A DNA stretch of 64,000 bases from Octopus sinensis (Eukaryota): NCBI RefSeq assembly GCF_006345805.1, contig NC_042997.1:156736001-156800000 (forward strand), given 5' to 3'. The notes beneath the pieces were generated by a model. The model did no database searches and had not been told where the DNA came from. It was given only the letters and a program-made list of their open reading frames with translations. The translations under genes were made by a program, and so were the position numbers. Below are positions 1 to 13,325 of this stretch, in pieces. Numbering within the stretch: the stretch's first letter is position 1; every line of letters begins with the position of its first letter.

Positions 1-1
1 G

Positions 2-97
2 TATAGCTATTTCTTCTACTAAAAAGGGAGATCTCAGTAAAAACAGCAATTGCTGTTTTTACTGAGATCTCCCTTTTTAGTAGAAGAAATAGCTATA
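2..97. repeat. Perfect 96-bp spacerless palindrome
   Basis: Base i pairs with base 99-i for i = 2..49; centre CAGCAA|TTGCTG. Confidence 0.95.
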
Positions 98-166
98 ACC
101 CTTTGACTGCTATTTCTAAATTCGGTATGTGGTAAGGCAATTCGTTGCTAAACCCTTATTGCTTAG

Positions 167-223
<57 letters not shown>

Positions 224-268
224 ATATGAAGATATATATATCTTTATATATATATATATATATATATA
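167..268. repeat. (TA)n/(TG)n compound microsatellite
   Basis: Direct reading. Confidence 0.95.
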
Positions 269-837
269 AAATACAAAATGGGACAAGAACGCAAAACATC
301 TGGACAGCTAGGTGATACAAAAAGGGACAACAAAACATCCAGATAGACAATATGATGAAAACAAGGACAATCATTTGAAGTTTTCTTTCCTTAGTCAAGC
401 ACCAGATTATCCTCGCAATTTCGGCTGATTATTCTTGAGATTGCTCCAATCTGGCCAGCCCCAAGGAAAAACTAAACTAAGAGCATTAGATTCTTTGGAA
501 GAAAGCAGTGAATGTATACAAAAACAAGGACGGAAAAAACAGACAATGTTACACAAATATAAATACAATAAAAAAATACAATGTTAATGCAATTGAAACA
601 ATTGTTAGATTTTTATGGTGTGATCTAAAATAAAGATATGATTTTCTTCATACTCTGAATTTCTTAAAATTCTGCATAAGGATTGTTAGATTTACCTGTG
701 AAATATGAGGATTTACTTGGGATTTGTATTTTACATACATTTACATTTACTACATCTACTAGTTGGAAATTTAACCTTATTCTTTTATACCGAGTGTTTA
801 CTAGATATCTGCCTGGATGTTTTAATCCCATTTTCTC

Positions 838-946
838 TTGTATGTATGTATGTATGTAAGTATGTATGTATGTATGTATGTGTGTGTGTATGTGTGTGGT
901 GTGTGTGTGTGTGTGTATGTGTGTATGTATGTATGTATGTATGTAT
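838..946. repeat. (TATG)n/(TG)n microsatellite
   Basis: Direct reading. Confidence 0.95.
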
Positions 947-1584
947 TTGTTTAGACAGACAGACAAACAGATCTGTTTGTCAGTCTGTCTAAACAAATAC
1001 ATACATACTCAAATATTACAAAAATGCTTTCACTGATGAATTTACACACACCTAATTTATTGTCAACCATTTATTTAATGTCCTGTACAATGTTAACCAC
1101 ATCATAGAAGAAGAACAGTGGCTGTTTGTTTTCAACTTGGATAATTAAAAAGACAGAAAACATCTTACGTTACATGTCAGAATAATATTTGAGGTGAATT
1201 TGGAGGGGAGAACCTTTGCATTATTAAATTAGTACTTTGAAATATTTGGTACCTGTGTGTCTCAAATGACTAAGTTTTTATTTACCCCACAATGTAACAG
1301 TCTTTGAAGTTTAGTCTTTATCTGTTACTCACATACAGCACACCCTTTATGTCCAGTTAACTGTTCCTTTTATGTATTTAATGAACGTTGAAGTAACATG
1401 AGCTGTTGTTATTTTTCATTGCCTACAACTAAATACAAACTTCCAAGACAGTGAGAAGGCTTCTTTATGATCACTTAAACTGTTAAAAATAGCAGCCAGA
1501 TCGCCTTCAGATCATCACGTTGCTGGTTTAGAGCAGTAAAAGATACATTATATAATTTGGTACATTGGATATCCCTAAAATATA

Positions 1585-1800
1585 TTTCTTTATTGCCCAC
1601 AAGGGGCTAAACATAGCGGGGACAAAGACAGACAAAGGGATTAAGTCAATTACATTGACCCCAGTGCGTAACTGGTACTTTATTTGTCGACCCCGAAAGG
1701 ATGAAATGCAAAGTCGGCCTCGCGGAATTTGAACTCAGAACGTAATGGCAGTCGAAATACGGCTACGCATCTCACCTGGTGTGCTAATGATTCTGCCCCC
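1585..1800 (-). mobile_element. tRNA-derived SINE, family A (tail variant ...gggcaataaagaaat)
   Basis: Reverse complement has a B-box-like GTTCAAATTCC and the core gactttgcatttcatcctttcggggtcgac shared with 30482, 35141 and 45358. Confidence 0.8.
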
Positions 1801-2146
1801 TAAAATAAAGACAAGGTAGTTGTAGCTAAAATGCTTTTGATGATAGATCTGCTTGGTCAGAGCTAGACTGGTGCAAAACAAGAAAGCCAGCTAAATATAA
1901 GTTCAAATTATTTCCAGAGGGTAATAACATATTTGTAAAAGTCACATAATGCACATTTTACTAAAACCACTACAGGGAAGACCCAAACAGCATGAAACAA
2001 GGATCTCATATATCATAGTTTCTGACTCAATAAAATAGTGACTACTTGTAACACTAAAGGCAAAGGACATATAAAATGATATGCTGGCAGTAAGTTAGTG
2101 TGAGTGACTCACTTTTAATTCTTGGTTCTAAACATTTTCTCCTATC

Positions 2147-2335
2147 AGGCACAGGTATGGCTGTGAAATAAAAAGCTTGCTTTCCAACCACATGATTCCA
2201 GGTTCAGTCCCATTGCATGGTATCTTTGGCAAGCATCTTCTATTATAAAGCCAGGTCAACCAAATCCTTGTGAGTTGATTTGGTAGATGGAAACTGAAAG
2301 AAGCCTGAATATATATATAGATATATCTGTGTGTC

Positions 2336-2386
<51 letters not shown>

Positions 2387-2585
2387 TGTGTGTGTGTTTC
2401 ACAACCAGTGTTGGTTTGTTTATGTCTCTAACTTATTGGTTTAGCAGAAAAAAAAAACAAAAAGAAAAACTGATAGAATAAATACCAGACTTTAAAAAGT
2501 ACTGGGATCCATTTGTTCAATTAAACCCTTCAAGAGAGAGCCTCAGCATGACTGCAGCCTAATGGCTGAAACAAGTAAAATGTAA
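2147..2585 (+). mobile_element. tRNA/CORE-like SINE, family B, with internal (TG)n
   Basis: Head ggctgtg...ggttcagtccc, CORE-like ctttggcaagcatctt, internal microsatellite, 3' end ggctgaaacaagtaaaa. Many copies in the window. Confidence 0.75.
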
Positions 2586-5500
2586 AAAATAAAAGATTAT
2601 GGAAAATAAGCATGAATATCAAATCTTCATTATCCCATTTCCTGAATTACAGTAGAGTAATTCCTTGATTGATATATTCCTGATCAAAAATATTAAGAGA
2701 CTGATCTGTATTTATGAATGCCTACATGAAATTTAAAAGAAGAAAAAAAAATTCCAAACTGATAATTGGAAATTATGTTGCAGGTATAATTTTTCTTTTT
2801 ACTGATAGTCATTTATATGCTTCTACACATCTGACTCCATAACATAAATGATTCTTCAGACACAAACATTTTCAGCTCACATCAAAGAATTGGCTTTGTA
2901 CAATACAAAAGTAGCTATGTATATTCTCACACATGCAATTATGTAAATTTTATATAATTGTTGTGAATTAGATCATGTTTATTCTTCCTACAAGATCAAA
3001 AAAGATGCATTGTTGTTAGTAAGTGCAAAGTAAAAAGAAAAAATATAAATAACCAATTATTGTTGTTTCATCTATGGAGAATCCTTTTAATTTCCTGTAA
3101 GTAATGATACCAAATTTTGAACAAATGCATTTTTCTAGTTAAACAAACATTTTATTGTAATTGCAACATAACAGTGTGTTTATATATTTTATACATGATT
3201 GGCCAACACATTTTCAAACTCTAACAATTTTCTACATTGTTCTCAGTCACTTGTCAAATTAAAGCTATTTTCCTTTTGACTGTTGACTCAGCTCACATGT
3301 TTCTCTAATAGTTTTAAGCCAATTTTCCCTCTGTTCTTGCTTTGCTTCTGCCAGAAATAACACTTGCCAACTACAGTGTAGAAATTACCTAATATAAGGA
3401 ATGTTGATTAACTCTACAATGACACTGTACTATCATCATCTCTCACACTTGATGACTTAGTTCTTCCTACCAATGAAACCATTTTTCTCTTTATTTTTTG
3501 GCTTTTATTTATAATTAGTCATTTCAACTTTTAGCATGAAATTTTTAATCTTCCATCCAGTAACAAGTTTTTCCACATATTTTCTGTTTCTCTTGGACAG
3601 ATTTACACATACATATGGACATGAATTCAGGTGCAGTACACTTGAAAACTTGAGCTTTTTAGATCTGCCTTTTTATCTTTATCTCCACTCATCACATTTA
3701 GAGTAAAAGGTAGTATAAAAGCAAAACCTGTACATATTTTCGTAAAATACTAATCTTATTGGTCTCCTCTCATTTCTGCAGACTCACTTACAGGAATGCT
3801 CATTTCAAGTTCATTTTCTATAGATTTACTTGTATAAAAGCACATCTTGCATGATCCACTTGCATTTTGCACATACATACATGCATAAAGAATGCACATT
3901 CATAATGTACACATAGAAACAAAATGTACTTGGTCATATAGAGAATTAAAAAAAGAGTAGTAAAACAAAATGAGAGAAAACAATGAAAATGAAACCTTGT
4001 TTTCTCAAATTTCTATAAAGAATGAAACGATAAAAAGCAGAAAATAAGGGAGATATGTGTAAGTTGAGCCCTTTCATCTCATCCTATTGAGATTTTTCAA
4101 AATAGTAATTTTTTTCTTTTATTCATTATTGTGGCTTTTTGCAGAGTTACTTACTTCCGGAGAAAATTTTTCATAAAGTATCTCTTCATTTCCAAATGAA
4201 TTATTGGATTATCTCTTAGGCACTGTTTAAAAACAGGAAAATTTTGAATTTTTTGTTCTCTCAGATTTGTTAACATTTGCTTAGAGGGATTTTTCTTAGT
4301 TTTATATGATAAATTTACTGTTTATGTATCCTCACTCTTTTACATTGGGAATTTCCAATCTGACCAAAGTAATATTTCTTACAACTGAGGCAGGTTAAGC
4401 AATATATAAGGTATATAAGGTTTTCAGTTTTGTAGTTCATGAAGGACTTGGGGTTTGATTGATTTGTGATTTAAGTTAGTTTAGAGTTGGTTTATGGAGA
4501 TCTTCTGATTCCTCGCTCTTATCAGATTCTTCAAAAAATTGTGGTTTTTCATCACCTGGAGAGCTTCCTTTTCTTTTTATCAAAGATTTTGTTTGTATTT
4601 ATGAATGTTAATAGGAACTTTGGTATCATAGGAACTTTGATATCATATTGATATATATATATATCTAAATGTTTATCTTTTCTACGTAGGGTGAAATTAA
4701 ATTTATTCCTCACAATGAAATTGCTGTCTTCATTCTTGTTGAAAATTTTCTCAGACAGAGGCAATAGCTAAAGTCTGCTTTTATTTCAGTTATATTTGAG
4801 ATTTATGTAAGGACAAATTAGAATAATTTTTGTTTAATTTTCTTTTCAATAAATATATGATTTCCAGATTAATATTTTCTATGTGTTTCATTAGTTTCTG
4901 ATTGACACTAGTTCTCTCTAAAAAGGTAGTTTACAGTGTTATGACCACTTCTGTAGTTAGGATTTCTGTTATCTATTTATAGTTTTCTGAGTTTGTATAT
5001 GTGCTGTGTCTTATTTTGTTTGCTTCTTTTTCATCTCTGTTTTGTCTCACTTTATTTGGTATTGTTGGTTGCTGATTGTTTTCCATATCTTGTTAGTTCA
5101 TCTGTTGGTATGCTTTGTCTTGAGTTTATAACATATTTCCAGTTAGAATTTCAGGTGTTCTTGAGATTATTTCCATATACATTATAGGCTATTTGGTTGA
5201 TAGATTTTTTTTTACCTAGTTCTTTTGTAATATATTCTCAATTTTTCCTTTTCCATATTTCCTGCAGTGGCTTAGCTTTCATTATTCATTATGGAGTCTT
5301 CTCCAGAGTTTCTTCAATAATCCTCAAACCATTATGGTTTTACCACAATTTTGTAGAATTATCTTTGTGTTTGTGAGAAACTATTCCACTTTATTTAGAT
5401 GGGCTGACCTCATGGTGCAACTGAAGGATAACAAATGGATATTCAGGGTGACAGAATAGACACTAAGACAATGGATAAGATCAAGAAACCAACCAAAGAC

Positions 5501-5589
5501 AAGATGGTGAGATAATCTCACACATCACCTCGTGTCTATATGTCCACAATTGATCAGAGACAGACAGTGGTTGAAGGAGTCTAGGAGTG

Positions 5590-6415
5590 TGTGTGCATGT
5601 ATGTGTGTGTGTTTGTCCCTCCTACCATCACATGACAACTGATGTTGGTATGTCTACATCCCCATAATTTAGCAGTTTGGCAAAAGAGACCAATAGAATA
5701 AGTACCAGGCTTACAAAGAATAAGTCCTAGTGTCGATTTGTTTGACTAAAGGTGATGCCCCAGCATGGCTGCAGTCAAATAACTGAAACAAATAAAAGAG
5801 TAAAAGAGAGTCAGTTAATGAATTTGAAAGATTCCATTCAACCATATTCTCTTGCAATCTACACCTACCTCATACAATGAGTTTCCACCCTGATACCTCC
5901 TTATTACTGTTTTCCCTCTTTTTCTAGCTCCACACTGGTTACTACCATTTTCTCTTTTATATTGTAAGTAGCCATTTAGCTCTTCTACTACAAGAAACCT
6001 GTTCTGTTCTGGCTGGTCCTGCCATTTCAAAATATCAATATCCAGGATTTCCATCTACCAAATCCACTCACAAGGCTTTGGTCAGCCTGAGGCTATAGTA
6101 GAAGACACTTGCATAAGGTGCCATGCAGTGGGACTGAACCCAGAACCATGTGGTTGGTAAGCAAGCTACTTGCTACACAGCCATTCCTGCCTCTACTGAC
6201 AAATTCAGCTTAAATTTTAAGGTTTAGAGTAAATCATAAGCACAGGCATGGCTGTGAATTTTAAGAAATCTGTTTTGCAACCATGTGGTCTCAGGTTCAA
6301 TCCCAGAGTGTGGCACTTAAGACAAGTGTCTTCTACTATAGTCCTGTGACTGAATTTGGTAGATGGAAATTGTGTTGAAGCCCACTGTGTGTGTGTTTGT
6401 GAGTATATATATGTA

Positions 6416-6450
<35 letters not shown>
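5590..6450. mobile_element. Cluster of SINE-B pieces: 3' half (+, ~5590-5810), 5' half (-, ~6043-6195), 5' half (+, ~6238-6450)
   Basis: Shared blocks with 2147-2585, 25940-26342 and 49780-50158. Confidence 0.7.
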
Positions 6451-6455
<5 letters not shown>

Positions 6456-7340
6456 AATGAATGAATGACTCCTTCTTTGTTAGAAAGTAAGCAAAATATA
6501 TGAACATTAATAATTCTGAGGTGAATGCTTTGGTGCAGAACTAGTTAGGCTGTTAAAAGAATTCTGAATAAAATTTGGCAGATAGAAATTATAGCTAAGC
6601 CCCATACATATACATCTATGTGTGTGTGTATGTGTGTGAATGTTTGTGCAAACTGGTGTAAAACAGCACATCAAGTTGTGTCCTTTTATGTCAAATGGTA
6701 AACTTGGCCAGTTGATAAATAGACCTTGAATAAAACAGGTACTGGGTTTGGTATAATTAACTAAAACCTTTGAATGCAGTGCCCCAGCATGGCCATAGTC
6801 AAATGAGTAAAACCATTACAAGAGTGTTGGTATTAGTGGATTTTTCATTGTTCAGCAATGAGGATTCAAACGTTTGATCAAATGAATTACCTACTTCTGA
6901 AATAAAGTGTTAGTGGTTGAACATTCGGCAAACACGTGTATCCTTAATGTAATTGTCATACAGAATCAACATGACTGTGTGATAAGGCTGTACCTTTGGA
7001 ATTACAGGTACAATCCATCTAGGCTTCAGTACAGTTTCCATCTATCCAATTTCATTCACAGAAGATAATCCAACCTAACACTCTAGAATAATGTCATATG
7101 CCAAAAATGGTAAGCAGCAGGACCGAATCCAGGACTGCGTGGTTGTTAAGTAAATCTTTTCCTCATACTGTTATACTACTCTTTCGTATATAGCAAATAG
7201 GGTAATTAACACGAGGGAGGTAAATATAAAGGGAAGCAATCCAAGCTTACACTTGGAAATATAAACATTTTTCAAGAGACCTTATTAACACAGTTGTCTC
7301 CCATGAATTTTACGCACGCTTGTTTATTATCAGTACTTAA

Positions 7341-7495
7341 GGTGGCGAGCTGGCAGAATCGTTGGCCCACCAGGCAAAATGCATAGTGGCATTTCGTCCG
7401 TCTTTACGTTCTGAGTTCAAATTCCACCTAGATCAACTGTAATCGACTTACACGCATTCCCGGCATTGCTGGCCTCGTGCCTGAATTTGAAATCA
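7341..7495 (+). mobile_element. SINE-A, internally deleted copy
   Basis: ggtggcgagctggcagaatcgtt...ctgagttcaaattcc head; the central core is missing. Confidence 0.7.
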
Positions 7496-7750
7496 ATGTT
7501 ATCATTACTGTATCAATGGAACATGTTTGCAACATTTACAATAGACTCTCCTGATCTTCGGTTTTCAGTGTCCATGCAGCATAAAGTTTCTTAAATACTT
7601 TACATACAGAATGACTTTCGTTCAAAGTGAGAAACCTCTTACTTGCAATCAGTTCATCAAACTTATTTGAGCTTTTCTTACTCTAGTGCATTATACATCC
7701 ACGATAGCCATCTTCACTATCTTTGAAATATTTTCCCATAAGCATCAGAA

Positions 7751-8137
7751 TCTATATATATAAAGCTGAAGTTGTCTGTGTATGGCAGGTTTGGTAGCCT
7801 TCAACTAACACTATCTCTTCTGAGACCCTGCGGCGTAAGTTGATCAAAATTGAGAGTATGATAGAAGGCTTGCTCTTCCTTCCGTAGAAGAAAAATTCAA
7901 ATTGGACCATGTTAACACCAAAAATTATTTACATCAAAAAGGTGCTTTTTTTTCTATGAAAATCCCTATTTTTTACGATTTTTTTACTGCTGTGTCGCCA
8001 TTTTTTGGTCTATTTCAACCAGAAAAATGTTCACTTAAAGAGAATAACAAGCTACATAATGCAAAATTTTTACTTTTCAAAAATTTCGATTCTAAAGGGT
8101 CGAAACAAACCCGAGCAACGCCGGGCGATACTGCTAG
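7751..8137 (+). mobile_element. Non-autonomous Helitron (387 bp)
   Basis: A|TCTATATATATAAAG 5' end; subterminal hairpin CCCGAGCAACGCCGGG (8110-8125); 3' CTAG|T; A/T insertion site with no TSD. These are the canonical Helitron hallmarks. Confidence 0.8.
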
Positions 8138-8280
8138 TAGTTAATAAAATTATTATTCAACTATGATTGAACAGCACCATTATTAAAGACATTCCAGACG
8201 TCTTCAATGTACAACATACTTCATTCTCCAATGCATTCTTCTTTAACATTTGATAGACTTATATAAAATAATAACGAACT

Positions 8281-8310
8281 TATTGTATACAGTGCTCAGG
8301 TGCACTACAA
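8281..8310 (-). mobile_element. 30-nt 3'-terminal stub of the CR1-like LINE
   Basis: tattgtatacagtgctcaggtgcactacaa is identical to 25165-25194. Confidence 0.75.
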
Positions 8311-9389
8311 TAATTTCGCTATTATCTGTAGTATGTCAAGCAATTGCATAAAGCATTTGTTTTATAGGTATTCTTATTTCTAATACCAACTGTTCTTGTG
8401 ATCTGTCAAACTTTAGATATGGAATCCATCAATCTGCCAAATTCCACTGCATATTTTACAATGAGTATTTAATGTTCCTGTTTCCTTGTTTCACTTTTTT
8501 CTCTAATAGTTACTTTCACTTTCATCATGTGTAAGTTTTTTCTTAATCCTAACATTTTGATAAAAAATATTTCTCTAAATATTATAACTGTATCAAGTAA
8601 TCTAACCATAACACAGGCGTTATAACGTTTGGAACAGAAATATGTAGAACTCACTCTTTCGTACAATATTACCTCTCATAACTATCTACCATAAAAATGT
8701 TGGAAACTTTTTTTCAGGTATTATTAAAATTTGTCGAACCTATTTTCATGCCATTGGCCATCAGAGCTATGAAAACTTAGCACACTGCAACTGCATGAAA
8801 ATAGATTTGACTAATTTTATTATTACCTTAAAAAATACTAAATTTCAAACATCTTTATGGTCAAATATGTTTAGAACAATTCCAAACCATAAAAATTGCA
8901 CTTTAAAATAGTGTTTAGCAACAGTGGTGTATTTTTCCTTCAAACTATGAACAGGAGTTTAGATACATACCAGCTACTACAAATAACTGTTTGTACAAAA
9001 AGTAAGGCCCTACATACATCAAACGGTCTTTAAATTAAGTGGCAGCAGAAGAATTAGCATTGAACTTTTTAAAAGGTAAGTTTATTGTTGCCTCTGGCCA
9101 GCATTATTATGTTGGTTGTTCAAGGATAGGAAATAAAAACAAGCTTTTTGTACTGACCCTGAATGGGAAGACAAAAAAATGTTGTTTATCATACAGCTCT
9201 GCAATAAGTTCCAAGTCGACAAATTATATTGTTTTGATGAAAATTGTTCATTGCTTGAAAGATATTGTTCATGTTTAATAAAATTTAATATGTACTCAAT
9301 GCATGAAGTGTCCTTGTTGGGTCCAAGGCCCAGTGAAAAGCCCTACACAGGAGCTAGCTTAAAAGCCACCCTGTCAGGTGGGTTTTAAG

Positions 9390-10570
9390 CTAGGCATAGG
9401 TAGAAACTTTATAAGATGTACACGGTGTAAGTTATGGACACATAAGAGGTGCAACAATATCAAAGGAAGGTTAACTGGGAAGATAGTTTTTGTGTGTGGA
9501 AGATGCACATGGGCAATAAACACTGAAAATGTTCAGAAAGCAGATTCCATCACATGTCAGGGGGAAAAATGAAGTAGTTAATAGCTTCCGTTATCTAGGT
9601 GACCAAGTCTGAGAGCATAGCTGCTAGAATAAGAAAAGCCTGACAAATTTGAGAGAGCTCCTACCTCTGCTGGTAAAAAAGGGCCTTTCATTCAGAGTGA
9701 AAGGTAGACCGTATGATGCTTGTGTGTGAACAGTCATGCTACCCGGCAATAAAACATGGGCTGTGACTGCTGAGGACATGCGTAAGCTTGCAAGGAATGA
9801 TACTAGTATGTTCTGTTGGATGTATAATGTTGGTGTGCATACATGACAGAGTGTAAGCAACCTGAGAGAAAAGTTGGACATAAGAAGCATCGGATGTGGT
9901 GTGCAAGAGATGACTGCACTGGTATGGTCATGTGTTGCATATGGATGAGGACAGCTGTGTGAAGAAGTGTCACACCCTAACAGTGGAGGGAACCTGTGGA
10001 AGAGGTAGACCCAGGAAGGCATGGCCTTCACCTGGTGGTGAAGCATGACCTACAAACGTTGGGCCTCATAGAGGCAATGACAAGCGACTGAGACCTTTGG
10101 AGATATGCTGTGCTTGAGAAGACCCGGCAAGCCAAGTGAGATTGTAGCCGTGGCCAATGCCAGGGTCGCATAACGTGGTCCGTATTAAAGTACCCTTCAA
10201 TCGTCGGGCAACAAGCTGTGCTTGAGAAAACCTGTTCAGTTAAGTGACATCATAGCCATGGCTGATGCCAGTGGTATGTAAAAAGCACCATTCGAGTGTG
10301 GTTGATGCCAGTGCAACCTAAAAGGCTCCCATGTCGGTGGCACATAAAAAGCACAATTTGAGCATGGCTGATGCCAGTGCTGCCTGACTGGTTGCACATA
10401 AAATGCACCCACTACACTCTCAGTGTGGTTGGCATTAGGAAGGGCATGTAGCTGTAGAAACCTTGCCAGATCAGACTGGAGCCTGGTGCAGCCTCCTGAC
10501 TTTCTGTTCCTCAGTCAAATTGTTCAACCCATGCCAGCATGGAAAATGGATGTTAAATGATGATGATGTA
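9390..10570 (+). mobile_element. RTE-clade LINE, old 5'-truncated degenerate copy
   Basis: IGRNFIRCTRCKLWTHKRCNNIKGRLTGKIVFVCGRC and downstream RT C-terminus with stops and frameshifts; homologous to ORF 59120..60016; (GAT)n tail. Confidence 0.9.
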
Positions 10571-12152
10571 TGCATGTGTGTATCTGTGTTTGTCCCCCAC
10601 CACCGCTTGACAACTGGTGTTGATTTATTTATATCCATATAACGTAGCAGTTCATCAAAAGGAACTGATAGAATAAGTATTGATTTTTTTAAAAATAATT
10701 AGTAGCGGGGGTGCAATTTGTTTGACTAAAACCATTAAAGTAGAACCCCAGGATGGCTGCAGTCCAATGACTGAAACAAGTAAAAGAAAAAGAAAACTTA
10801 AAGCATCATTGAAGTGATTCAGAATACTTTAGTTATATTTTGAAATATAGATTTTCATTTTATTTTTATGATAAAATTAAATGTTGTTTTTTCACAGTAA
10901 AAGCCTATGTTCTAAGAGCACATAATAGAAAACCAAAACCTGGTAAATTACCTAGAAGACAAAATTTACCTTCAGTTCATTTACATTGTTTTGAGAAACA
11001 TATTTTTACCATGACACTGAACTAGAAGCTGTTTTTCTCCTTTTCATCAAATAAAAATATTGGATTAACAAAACAAACCACATTATCCCAACAGTACATA
11101 TATGTACGATCATTTGATTCTGACTAGAGTAATGATATCAAAACAAGAGGTTATAATTAATTAAATTTAATGATATAATTTCTTTACAAAAAAAAAAAAA
11201 GAATTTTACCACAAATGGAGAGGGAAGGAGAGAGAGATAGAGAGAGGTGGGGGTGTTAATGGAGTGAACAAATTAAAGACAAACAAGTATTAAGTTATTG
11301 TAAAAAAAACATCAAGAAGTAAAATATATATATACTTAATGTTATATAATATTACAAGTGATAATTAATCTGACATAAAAAAAAATTTATGATATAAAAA
11401 AATTCATCATATCAATTTACAAATGGCATATTCTTGCAAAATAAATATAATATATAAAACACACAGGTCATGTTGTTTAGAATGGAAGGTGTAAAAACTG
11501 TCATTCGGCATGAAACGTTTGTGATAGAGAAGATAGTAAAAAGACAGTTTTGATTCCAACAGAATGTGATGAGTGATAATAGTTGGATTGTTGTCATGAA
11601 AGGAACATGTTTGAATTAAAACAATTCAGTGATACATGAAAGACAATATTTGTGTTGTATTTGAGTCAATTTAATTGACCTATTGGTCAATGACTGCTAT
11701 GACTGTTTAGAATGGTGGGTAATTTATTTGACTAGAAGGAAAACGAGAAAGAGAGAGGGAGCGGGTGGAGAAAGAAAGAAAAACATCCACTTTAAGTAGC
11801 AAGCTAAAGCCTTGTTGTTTGACAAATATAATGGTTTATTTAAATAAAAAAAATATATTTCAAATTGAAATTCTTGAAATATCATTGATGAAACAATGGT
11901 AATGTTCTTTTCCTGTCATTCAAAATTTAAAATGATCCCAAATGAAGAAGAATTAGGACAGTGAGAAAAATGTGCAAATTTAGTATGACACGAACAATCT
12001 AGGTTTCTCACAAAAAATAAATATGTGACCTTATCAGAGATATAGCAACAGTATTAATAGCAGTAGCAATGAAGGTGGTGAAAATGGCAGTGGTATAAGA
12101 CAGAGCTCTACAAGTAACTGGGTTTTCTTTATATATATGTGTGTATGTATAA

Positions 12153-12190
<38 letters not shown>

Positions 12191-13106
12191 GTGTTCATTT
12201 TTGTTTTTATGTTCAGTTATAATAAAAGCAATTTTATGGTGATCTAATAGGTTGGTCCATATTTTTATAGAGTACAAATTTATTATTCTTACACAAGAAT
12301 GTTGTTGACTAACCTCGAAGTTTGGGCCTGTCAACAACATTCTTGTATTAGTATGCATATATACATATATATACATATGCATACACACACACACACACAC
12401 ACACATACATACACACAGAAAGACATGCAGCAGTGCTCATGGCCTTTGCAACCATCTCAGAAAGTGAGATTAAAACAACTGTTGCTCAGCTTGAACATAT
12501 ATGAAGAACAAAAAGAAAAAAAAAAAGAAAGAAAGTAGGAAGGGATTGAACTGAATGTCTGGTGCAAATGTTGACAACAAAGTTCACTTTACTAAAAATA
12601 CCAAAGGACCAAGTGATTGCATTAAAGTGAGAAATAAAACTCTGCTTTGGTAAAGAACTTTCTCTTCATTGAGTTACTAATGATGATGATGATGATGAAG
12701 TTGTTTCATGTAATTGCAAAAAAATAATGTTTAAAGTCATAATTCAATTAATTGGTGAGAAAAAAAAACAAAAAACAAAAAAATCAATGTAGAACTGAAA
12801 TTAGCCTTTTCTTTGATTAATTTGAAACATTTGGGGAGTCTATCATATATGCTACTACAAGACCAATGGATTCACTGCTATTCTTAACACGACAATGTTT
12901 AAATGTATTGTGAAATCAGAGAAATGAGACATGCTATAGAAGAGGATTGGATTTTATTGGGTTAAGCAAATTCTAAATGTAATACAGACTAAGCTAAACT
13001 CATATATTGTGTATAATGTCTATAAAGAACACAACAGTGAAATGCTTCAGTTAATAAATTTATGGATTTCTAAGCTTTTACATATATATATACACACACA
13101 CACATA

Positions 13107-13325
13107 CATTCCTTTCTACTATAGACACAAGGCATGAAATTTTGGGGGAGAGGGCTAGTCAATTACATCGACCCCCAGTACTTAACTGATACTTATTTTA
13201 TCGATCCTATATGGAAGAAAGATAAAGTCAACCTTGGCTGAATTTGAACTCAGAATGTAAAGATGGATGAAATGCATAGCAGCATTTCGCCCAGCATGCT
13301 AAAGATTCTGCCAGCTCACCACCTT
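13107..13325 (-). mobile_element. SINE-A (tail variant ...ggccttgtg.ctatagtagaaagg)
   Basis: Same head and core as the other A copies. Confidence 0.75.

Noticed and set aside
270-610. Repeat-like segment containing cagccgaaat (shared with the 26500 hammerhead region)
   Set aside because: No CUGANGA upstream of the stem on either strand; family unassigned.
156-1002. ORFs 156..398, 664..1002 and 705..992
   Set aside because: Open frames are created by (TA)/(TG)/(TATG) microsatellites. The unique part of 664..836 has a donor-like ACAG|gtaaat but no pyrimidine-rich acceptor and no recognisable homology.
9039-9388. ORFs 9039..9278 and 9179..9388 with a plus-strand AAG|gtaagt
   Set aside because: No recognisable domain, no partner exons, weak acceptor.
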